From assembly GCA_043718065.1 (NCBI GenBank), contig JAYSWJ010000086.1, forward strand, positions 8,456-72,455: a stretch of DNA of 64,000 nt, in the 5' to 3' direction. Origin of the DNA: Polaromonas sp. (lineage in GTDB: Bacteria; Pseudomonadota; Gammaproteobacteria; Burkholderiales; Burkholderiaceae_C). The notes beneath the pieces were generated by a model. That model saw only the letters and a program-made list of their open reading frames with translations. It was not told the origin of the DNA and made no database searches. Shown here in pieces: positions 54,723 to 62,195 of this stretch (positions within the stretch are counted from its first letter, which is position 1; each line of letters begins with the position of its first letter). The position numbers and the translations under genes were made by a program.

Positions 54723-56546
54723 ATGCCCACAGAGTTACTGTTTCAAGACCCGCCGTATGCGGGGCAGCCTATTAACTTGGTGTTTGGCGGCTCAGGCTCG
54801 GTCGTAGCTTCGCCAGCGTTCGTCACCGTCTACATCACACACCCAGCGCCTGCGTTTAGCGCCATAGCGGTCTACGACAACCGTGTCACGCGCTGGCGCG
54901 ATCAGCGGGTCGGTGTGGGCTTTGACGTTGGGCTGCCCAGATTGCGTCAACAGGACTCTAGCTGGGGACTGTCAGCCAAAGAACTGGGCGGCACACATTT
55001 GGGTTGGGGGCAAGCTGAGCGCAAAGCTGGGCAAGTGGCTGTGCATCTGGCAATCGCTGATCAGCGCGCCAGCAAGCGTGACTTGGCGTATCAGCAGGCT
55101 TTGGGGTTAATCGTTACAGCTATGTCAGCCCTAGAAGTCGCCACGCAGCACGAGCGGGTAGCCTCGCTACTGTGGCAGCAAGCCTTGGCTAAGTCACACA
55201 CGCGCGTGTCAGCTATGGAGGCCGCTACGCGCCACCGCAACGAGTTACTTGCTGAGTGGCAATTACCGCTGCCACGGGTCTACCAGCGCACCAACCTGTT
55301 CGGGGTCGCCAGCACGTTGCACGCCTTGGCGCAAATCATGCCTTGGGAACGTGTACGACAGGCAGCTAACGGCAAAGAGGCGTGGCCGCCTATTGTGGTG
55401 CCGCCCACCTACTACATCCCGGACGATAACCTCCTGTTTCAGTGCCCACCACTAAGCGCCCCGTGGGTGCTGTTGTTTGGTGATAAACCCTGCTACCTTG
55501 AGCAGGGCGCTGCATTATCTATTCTGCCTTCGAGGTACTACATGACGATCAATACAATTCAAGCGCAACTACTGCCCGGCTTGGCCGAGGTGCCTATCTA
55601 CGCGGGAGCCACCATCAGCCAAGATGTTGGCAGCTATGGCTGGACACTAAGTGCTACAGGCCCGGCATCCCTGCTGGTCCAGTTGGCCCCCGCGCCTGGC
55701 GTGCCTCAGCAGATTAGGCTGACCATTAATGGCATTGTGTGGGTTTTCGCAATCGACAGCCCCCGCCAAACCCATAGCTTTGGCAAGACGGTGACCCAAA
55801 TCACCGGACGTAGTATTACATCGGCCATAGGCCCGGCGTTTGCCCGTGAAACCGCACGCTTGGCCACCGACCCGTACAACGCGCAGCAGCTGGCTGTCCA
55901 AGCCCTAGAAAATACAGGTGTAACCCTTGACTGGGGCATTGATGACTGGCTGGTGCCAGCCGGCGTTTGGAGTCATTACGGTACCCCGCTAGCAGCTGTG
56001 CAGGCGATTGCGCAGGCGGCAGGCGGCTATGTGCAAAGCCACCGCAGCTTGCCCCAGCTGCAGGTGCGCCACCCTTATCCGCTGCTTCCCGGAGGTGTCT
56101 TGGGTGGGCCGTGGAATTGGAACGGGGCATTTGCAGCCGACGTGACGCTGGCTCCTGATGCCATCATCAGCCGCTCGACCGAGGTGCGCGACAGCCCTGC
56201 GCTCAATGCGGTCTACGTCTCGGGCACTACGCAGGGCGTTTTGGCATTGATTAAACGCGAAGGCACAGCGGGCGACCAGCTGGGGGCCTTGGTATCCGAC
56301 GCGCTCATCGTCGCTGCGGCCGCGGCGCGCCAGCGTGGCCTGGCCGTTTTGGGTGCAGCAGGCGGCAAAACCATGCGCCAGCTAGAGCTGCCAGTTCTGG
56401 TCGGTGCAGGTCAGCCAGGCGTGCTGAGCACCGATCAGTTAATCCAAGTTAACGACACGATACCTTGGCGGGGCCGTGTCAGGGCCGTATCAGTCACCGC
56501 AGGTTCGCCCAGCGTGCGCCAAAGCGTCTTGGTGGAGGCCGCATGA
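54723..56546 (+). CDS. Tail-associated protein with Trp-phased 28-aa tandem repeats
   Basis: 607 aa. The repeats are at aa 95-207. Confidence 0.45.
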   Translation: MPTELLFQDPPYAGQPINLVFGGSGSVVASPAFVTVYITHPAPAFSAIAVYDNRVTRWRDQRVGVGFDVGLPRLRQQDSSWGLSAKELGGTHLGWGQAERKAGQVAVHLAIADQRASKRDLAYQQALGLIVTAMSALEVATQHERVASLLWQQALAKSHTRVSAMEAATRHRNELLAEWQLPLPRVYQRTNLFGVASTLHALAQIMPWERVRQAANGKEAWPPIVVPPTYYIPDDNLLFQCPPLSAPWVLLFGDKPCYLEQGAALSILPSRYYMTINTIQAQLLPGLAEVPIYAGATISQDVGSYGWTLSATGPASLLVQLAPAPGVPQQIRLTINGIVWVFAIDSPRQTHSFGKTVTQITGRSITSAIGPAFARETARLATDPYNAQQLAVQALENTGVTLDWGIDDWLVPAGVWSHYGTPLAAVQAIAQAAGGYVQSHRSLPQLQVRHPYPLLPGGVLGGPWNWNGAFAADVTLAPDAIISRSTEVRDSPALNAVYVSGTTQGVLALIKREGTAGDQLGALVSDALIVAAAAARQRGLAVLGAAGGKTMRQLELPVLVGAGQPGVLSTDQLIQVNDTIPWRGRVRAVSVTAGSPSVRQSVLVEAA

Positions 56547-56773
56547 GCGCTCTGAACCCCTTCAAAGAACTATTAGACCTGCTGCCCAGCAGCCCGTTGT
56601 TGGTAGGCCGAGTCGTGGCGGTGGCCACGGGTGTAGTGACAGTTCAATACCCTGGCGGTGGACAACAAACCGCCCGCGGCACCGGCTATGCGCTCAATAC
56701 CAGAGTTTTTGTACGCGCTGGCACAGTTGAAGGCATTGCACCAAGTCTTGCGTTTACAACAATCGAGGTCTAA
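56543..56773 (+). CDS. Small terminal tail-operon protein (76 aa)
   Basis: It has an ATGA overlap with the upstream gene. It is the last ORF before the right end. Confidence 0.4.
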   Translation: MSALNPFKELLDLLPSSPLLVGRVVAVATGVVTVQYPGGGQQTARGTGYALNTRVFVRAGTVEGIAPSLAFTTIEV

Positions 56774-56791
56774 CCCTGTTTCCCTCTGAGC

Positions 56792-56819
56792 AATTCCTTT
56801 TCTTGGCGAGAAAAGAATT
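56792..56819 (+). terminator. Hairpin after the last phage gene
   Basis: The stem is AATTC(C)TTTTCT / AGAAAAGAATT with one bulge and loop TGGCG. It is followed by an A/T-rich tract. Confidence 0.35.
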
Positions 56820-56825
56820 ATTTAA

Positions 56826-56882
56826 GCAAATATCTCGCTGAAACCAGTCCAAATATCTCGCGCGGCTTTATCCTAGCATCTC
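56826..56882 (-). repeat. Right-end transposase-binding-type repeats R3-R1
   Basis: Reverse complements are GAGATATTT (56836-56828), GAGATATTT (56859-56851) and GAGATGCTA (56882-56874). Spacing is an even 23 bp. Confidence 0.6.
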
Positions 56883-57123
56883 GCGGTCACACAGCACCGC
56901 ACGGTATGCCTATGCCAAACGGACCTGCGGCCCTTTATTATTTGGCATAGGACACACGCTGCAGCAGTGCGCGTGCAAGAACAACGAACCGGGTATCAAG
57001 CCCAGCAGCAAGAGAGACTAAAAACCATTTCAAACGGCATTTCCAACAGCAAAATAACCCTGTAACCCAAGTAAATCCTGCTCAAGCAGCTATGAAATTA
57101 GTAGTATATCTGTAGACAATAAT

Positions 57124-57888
57124 TTAGCTTTTCCAAGCCACCCATTGCGCCAAGCGTTCAAAAACCATGTCCACCACAATGGCCAGCATGCCCACCAGCA
57201 ACGCACCTTGCAGCACGTAAGCAGTGTTAAAACCACTCAATCCCACAATAATCGGCGAACCCAAAGTTTTGGCCCCCACGGTAGAAGCAATGGCTGCCGT
57301 GCCGATGTTGATGATGACCGATGTGCGCACGCCCGCAATCCATACAGGCAAGGCCAGCGGTGTTTCTACTTGCCAAAAGGATTGCCATGCCGACATGCCC
57401 ATACCGTTGGCTGACTGTCGTACAGCGGCTGGTACGGCTTGCAAGCCCGTCACGGTGGCTTGTAGTACAGGTAGCAAACCATACAAGGCCAGTGCAAACA
57501 GCGCGGGCAGCTCTCCAAACCCCACTATCGGTACAGCCACCGCCAACACGGCTACAGGTGGGAAGGTTTGGCCCATCGAGACCAAGGTTTGCACTACGGG
57601 GCCAAACGCTTTGCCCGTTGGGCGGGTGACGAAGACGCCTGCTGCAGTGCCCACCACGACAGCAACCAAGCTAGAAATACCTACCAGCTTGCAATGCTGC
57701 CAAAGCAAATAGGCAAACGGCTCTTGCTGGTACACCGGGCGCTCTAGTGCAGGGAACAGGCTGGCAAATAGCGGCTGTGAATACGGCAAATACACCACCA
57801 AGGCTGCCAGCGCCAATGCGGCCCATAGCAAGTGGTTACGCCACAGGCGGTGGCCTGGCGCGGCGGGCAGGGCGGGTGACAGTGTCAT
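57124..57888 (-). CDS. Osmoprotectant (glycine betaine/choline) ABC transporter permease
   Basis: 254 aa, multi-TM, in an OpuC-type operon. Confidence 0.8.
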   Translation of the reverse strand: MTLSPALPAAPGHRLWRNHLLWAALALAALVVYLPYSQPLFASLFPALERPVYQQEPFAYLLWQHCKLVGISSLVAVVVGTAAGVFVTRPTGKAFGPVVQTLVSMGQTFPPVAVLAVAVPIVGFGELPALFALALYGLLPVLQATVTGLQAVPAAVRQSANGMGMSAWQSFWQVETPLALPVWIAGVRTSVIINIGTAAIASTVGAKTLGSPIIVGLSGFNTAYVLQGALLVGMLAIVVDMVFERLAQWVAWKS

Positions 57889-58862
57889 GGTTGTGCCATG
57901 GCGGTAGTTTGCGCAGCAACTTTGCCGTGGGCTGCGTGTTTATCAAAAATATCTGATACGTGCAGTACACCTGCGTGCGTGCCCGATGCATCTTGCACAT
58001 TGATGCAGCTCATCTGCTGCATTGCCATCATCGATACTGCCTCGCGCAGGCTGGTATGTGCTGGCAGGCTGGGGCCTGGCAGTGCGGGTTCTGCCCGGGC
58101 CAAATGCTGCGCTTGTTGTAGCGACAGCAGCTTAATACCAATATCACTACGCCCAACAAAATCCACTACAAAGTCGTTAGCGGGTTGGGCCAAGATATTC
58201 AGGGGTGTATCTGCCTGTACAACACGCCCTTCATCTAGCACCACAATCTTAGTGGCCAGCAGCAAAGCTTCTTCAATGTCGTGGGTAACCAGTACGATGG
58301 TTTTGCCAGACGCTTGGTGCACACGCTTTATCTCTTGCTGCAAGGCCGCCCGTGTAGACGGGTCTAGCGCGCCAAATGGTTCGTCCATCAGCAGCACATC
58401 TGGGTCGGCAGCTAATGCGCGGGCCACGCCTATGCGCTGCTGCTGGCCGCCTGACAACTGATGCGGGTAGCGTGTGCGGTAAAGCGCAGGGTCTAGTTGA
58501 AACAGCTCTAGCAGTTCGGTGACGCGTTGTGAAATCTTGGGTTTGTCCCAGCCCAGCATGTGCGGCACGGTGGCAATATTGCGCTCTACGGTCCAGTGCG
58601 GAAACAGCCCCACAGACTGAATGGCATAGCCCATACGCAGGCGCAAATCACGTATTTTGAATTTATAAATTTCTTCGTTGTTAAATAGAATTTTGCCGCC
58701 ATCATGCGGCTCTAGCCGGTTAATCATTTTCAAGACAGTTGACTTGCCCGAACCCGAAGCACCGATCATCACCACAAATTCGCCACGCGCGATGTGCAGG
58801 TTCAGCCCTTCAATCACCCTCACGTCGCCATAGGATTTGCTGATGTTGATGAATTCGATCAT
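57885..58862 (-). CDS. Osmoprotectant ABC transporter ATP-binding protein with C-terminal CBS-type region
   Basis: It has Walker A (GASGSGKST), the signature [15 protein letters not shown], and Walker B ([11 protein letters not shown]). Confidence 0.9.
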   Translation of the reverse strand: MIEFINISKSYGDVRVIEGLNLHIARGEFVVMIGASGSGKSTVLKMINRLEPHDGGKILFNNEEIYKFKIRDLRLRMGYAIQSVGLFPHWTVERNIATVPHMLGWDKPKISQRVTELLELFQLDPALYRTRYPHQLSGGQQQRIGVARALAADPDVLLMDEPFGALDPSTRAALQQEIKRVHQASGKTIVLVTHDIEEALLLATKIVVLDEGRVVQADTPLNILAQPANDFVVDFVGRSDIGIKLLSLQQAQHLARAEPALPGPSLPAHTSLREAVSMMAMQQMSCINVQDASGTHAGVLHVSDIFDKHAAHGKVAAQTTAMAQP

Positions 58863-60106
58863 AGTGCTGCTGCGCCGGGAGGTTTGCTTTGAGCGGTGTT
58901 AGAAGTGGTGTTCGGCATCGTGTTTGGCTGTGTGTTGTGTGCAGGCTGGGCCAGCTTCACTAACACTTTAAAAACGGTATCGGTCAGCACCGACAGCGCC
59001 ACAATAGGCAGCACACCTAGCAGCACCAAATCTTGCGCACTGCTAAACAGTCCTTCAAACATGATGGCCCCCAGCCCGCCCGCACCAATCAGCGCGGTCA
59101 CCGATGCCAATCCGACAGCAGACACCGTAGCAGTGCGCACACCGCCCAGCAGCACCGGCAAAGCCAGCGGCAGCTCAACGCGCGTAAATACTTGGGTCGC
59201 AGACATACCCATGCCGCGCGCTGCGTTTACCACGCTAGAGGGAACTTGCTCTAGCCCTGCCAGCGTGCCGCGTACCACTGGCAGCAGTGCATACAGAGTT
59301 AAAGCTATCACGCCAGGCGCCATGCCCACACCGCTGATGCCCGCTTTGGCCAGAGCAGGAAACACTGCAGCCAACCATGCCAGTGGTGCCATCAACAAGC
59401 CAAACAAAGCAATAGAAGGAATGGTTTGAATGACGTTGAGTACAGGAAACAACGACTGCTGCGTAGCGCGAACTTTGTGCATCCACCACCCCAGCGGCAC
59501 ACCGATCAGCAGCGTGGGCGCCATGGCCAGTAGCACGATAAGCATATGCTGCATCGCTGCTGCAGCAAAAGTATCGGACCGGTTGGCGTACTCTTTCATA
59601 ATCGACAAATCATTGCACCACTCAGACCCAAGCATCCAAGCTACAAGTAGCACAACTGTGGCTAGTAAGCCAGTGCGCAACCCGAGCCCCACTTTTAGAC
59701 TCTGCAAAGCATCTTGTGCCATTAGCCACAGCACAACTAGCAGCACCCACCATGTGCCGCCCAGTGAGGTGCGTGCATAGGCAGATTGTGTAGCTGCTAC
59801 GTGGCTGGCATATGTACCTGCAACAGCAAGCAGCAGCACCATAGATATAGAGGCCACGCCTAGCTGCAACCAAACTACAGCTCGGGTGGGTTTGAACGCC
59901 ACTGACATCAGCAGAGCCAATAGCAGTGCCGCCAGCAGTGTGGCCAGTGTAGCGGCGGGGCTTTGCAGCAACGACCATAAGTAGACAGGCTCGCCTGACA
60001 CCATGCGGTTAGCCGCTACACGCAAAAAAGGCATTGCTACTAGCGCAGCAGCCCCAGCCAAGGACAACACTGCGTCCACAGGGTTAAATTGCAAACCGAG
60101 CCGCAT
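58859..60106 (-). CDS. Osmoprotectant ABC transporter permease with ~200-aa extra N-terminal membrane domain
   Basis: 415 aa. The C-terminal half is paralogous to the 57124-57888 permease. Confidence 0.8.
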   Translation of the reverse strand: MRLGLQFNPVDAVLSLAGAAALVAMPFLRVAANRMVSGEPVYLWSLLQSPAATLATLLAALLLALLMSVAFKPTRAVVWLQLGVASISMVLLLAVAGTYASHVAATQSAYARTSLGGTWWVLLVVLWLMAQDALQSLKVGLGLRTGLLATVVLLVAWMLGSEWCNDLSIMKEYANRSDTFAAAAMQHMLIVLLAMAPTLLIGVPLGWWMHKVRATQQSLFPVLNVIQTIPSIALFGLLMAPLAWLAAVFPALAKAGISGVGMAPGVIALTLYALLPVVRGTLAGLEQVPSSVVNAARGMGMSATQVFTRVELPLALPVLLGGVRTATVSAVGLASVTALIGAGGLGAIMFEGLFSSAQDLVLLGVLPIVALSVLTDTVFKVLVKLAQPAHNTQPNTMPNTTSNTAQSKPPGAAAL

Positions 60107-60143
60107 GCAAAAAATTCCTCAAGCCGCTGCGGCAAACAGCAAT

Positions 60144-61064
60144 TTATTTAATAAGTCCCTTGGACTTTAAGAAATCACCCGCTACTTTTTTGGCATCTTG
60201 CCCTTCGATTTGAATTTTGGCATTCAAGGCCTGCAACGTCGCGCCGTCTAGCGCCTTGAAGATAGGTTCTAAGACAGTTTTAATTTTAGGATTTTTAGCC
60301 AGTACTTCTTCGCGCACAATCGGCGCGGGTGCATAGATAGGTTGCACCGATTTGGTGTCTTCCATAATGACCAAGCCCAGCGCTGCAACTGGGCCATCGG
60401 TGCCATAAGCCATGGCAGCATTCACGCCAGAGGTTTTCTCTGCTGCTGCCCGAATGGTGGTGGCTGTGTCGCCACCGGCCAGCGTCAAAATTTGCTCAGG
60501 CTTTAACTTAAAGCCATAGGCGGTCTGAAAAGCAGGTAGCGCGTCTGAACGCTCTACAAATTCTGCAGACGCCGCTAGCTTGAACTGCCCGCCGCCACTG
60601 ACCCATTTGCCCAAATCTTCCAGGGTTTTCAGCTTGTTGGCAGTGGCAATATCTTTGCGCACCGCGATAGTCCAGGTATTGTTGGCAGGCGAGGGTTCTA
60701 GCCATACGATTTTATTTTTGGCTAAATCTAGAGTTTTAACTCGCTCGTAGCCTGCTTTGGCGTTCTTCCATGCCACGTTAGTTTCTTCGCCGAAAATAAA
60801 GGCACCATTGCCTGTGTACTCTGGGTAAATATCAATTTCGCCTGCGGTGATGGCGCTGCGCATTATTTTGGTGTTGCCAAGTGCGGATTTGTTCTCTACC
60901 TTGATACCGTTGGCCTCTAGCGCCAGCGCTATTACATTGCCTAGCAGCTTGCCCTCGGTGTCGATTTTAGAGCCAACCTTGACAGGCGCAGTTTGTGCAA
61001 ATGCAGCACTGGCCAGCAGGCCAGTAGCCAAGACCATGACGGTTCTGCGTTGAATAGTGTTCAT
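60144..61064 (-). CDS. Glycine betaine/osmoprotectant substrate-binding protein
   Basis: It has a signal peptide (MVLATGLLASAAFA) and OpuCC/OsmX-like features (IDIYPEYTGN). Confidence 0.85.
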   Translation of the reverse strand: MNTIQRRTVMVLATGLLASAAFAQTAPVKVGSKIDTEGKLLGNVIALALEANGIKVENKSALGNTKIMRSAITAGEIDIYPEYTGNGAFIFGEETNVAWKNAKAGYERVKTLDLAKNKIVWLEPSPANNTWTIAVRKDIATANKLKTLEDLGKWVSGGGQFKLAASAEFVERSDALPAFQTAYGFKLKPEQILTLAGGDTATTIRAAAEKTSGVNAAMAYGTDGPVAALGLVIMEDTKSVQPIYAPAPIVREEVLAKNPKIKTVLEPIFKALDGATLQALNAKIQIEGQDAKKVAGDFLKSKGLIK

Positions 61065-61344
61065 GGAATTACCCTTTTCATGAGTTTGTAATGCGCCAAC
61101 TGCGCTAATGAGACGATCAGCTGATTAGTTTGCACTAAATTTTGTAAGCCTACTAACTGTAAGCGTACTGTGAAATTGCGCTAATAGTTCAAACCATGGC
61201 CACCAAGCGGTAACTACTGGCAACCACGCGCGACCTTGTCCGACGCATTTGCGCGCTCCCGACTGACCTGCACGGGCCCAGACTGCTGACAGCCTTGGAA
61301 GCGTAAAAACTCTACGATAAATATTAACTTTAAGGATGTAACCC

Positions 61345-62100
61345 ATGAAATTTTTAACCAAGTGTTTGCTAGTATGTGTGCCTGTAGTGGGTTTGGCAGC
61401 TTGCGGCGGCAGCGACACCGAAGATCGTCTTGACATAGCCGACCCTACAGTGCGTTTTGTCCATGCATCGCCTCTGGCGCCTAATGTGACCTTATACCGC
61501 GACGGTACCGCACAAGCTAACGCTACCAATGCAGCCTACAAATTTGCGTCAGACTATTTCTACACCGAAACCATGTCTGCCGACTGGTCAGTCAAAACCG
61601 CCAGCAGCAATGCTACCGTGGGCAATGTGGCGATAGATGCCAAACGCGGTAACAAATACACCATAGTGGTGCTGCCATCGTCTAATACCGAGAACAGTAT
61701 TTACGAGATCAGAGACCCGTACAACAAGTCACTCACCAGCGACAAAGCCAAGCTGCGCATCATGAATGCATCGTTTAACGCCAGTAATATTGACTTGTAC
61801 ATTAACGCGGTAGGTACAGATATATCAGCAGCAAGCGTAACTCCTGTCATTGCCGCCACACCCTACAAAACCTCTGGCCCATCCACTGGCAACGACTCGC
61901 TTGATATTGCAGGCGGCAACTATCAAATGGCTATCACAGCAGCTGGCAGCAAAACAGTGTTGTTCAAAGGCGCTATCACTATCGACAACAACAAAGACGT
62001 ATTGTTGTTAACTGTGCCTGATTCGATATTGCCAGGCGCTATTAAAACGCTGATGAAGATTGAGGGCGTAGCCGGAACCGCTGAAGTACCTGCCAGCTAA
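61345..62100 (+). CDS. DUF4397-domain lipoprotein
   Basis: The lipobox is VVGLAACGG. VRFVHASPLAPNVTLY and KLRIMNAS..NIDLYIN are DUF4397 repeats. Confidence 0.65.
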   Translation: MKFLTKCLLVCVPVVGLAACGGSDTEDRLDIADPTVRFVHASPLAPNVTLYRDGTAQANATNAAYKFASDYFYTETMSADWSVKTASSNATVGNVAIDAKRGNKYTIVVLPSSNTENSIYEIRDPYNKSLTSDKAKLRIMNASFNASNIDLYINAVGTDISAASVTPVIAATPYKTSGPSTGNDSLDIAGGNYQMAITAAGSKTVLFKGAITIDNNKDVLLLTVPDSILPGAIKTLMKIEGVAGTAEVPAS

Positions 62101-62140
62101 CACCCTAGCTTGCCCTGACAACCACTTGCCCGATACACGC

Positions 62141-62174
62141 AAAAAGCCGCACTGGTTGCCCAGCGCGGCTTTTT
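62141..62174. terminator. Bidirectional rho-independent terminator between convergent genes
   Basis: The sequence is AAAAAGCCGCACTGG-ttgc-CCAGCGCGGCTTTTT, with one mismatch and A/T tracts on both sides. Confidence 0.7.
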
Positions 62175-62195
62175 GCAATTAAGTAGCAGCGCTAT

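Larger units (their letters stand above)
16513..56891. mobile_element. Mu-type transposable prophage, ~40.4 kb, apparently intact
   Basis: It contains a DDE transposase plus MuB-like ATPase, Ner, GemA, Mor, Gam-like, Mu F/G, a DUF935 portal, and DUF3486 plus Mu-like TerL. Inverted triplets of GAGAT(A/G)-core repeats lie at both ends, with TG/CA 8-9 nt outside the outermost repeats. Exact termini are not proven because no target duplication was found. Confidence 0.75.

Noticed and set aside
61125-61529. A 134-aa minus-strand ORF between the opu operon and the DUF4397 gene.
   Set aside because: It overlaps the start of the DUF4397 lipoprotein gene, which has a clear signal/lipobox. It has no recognisable features and is probably spurious.
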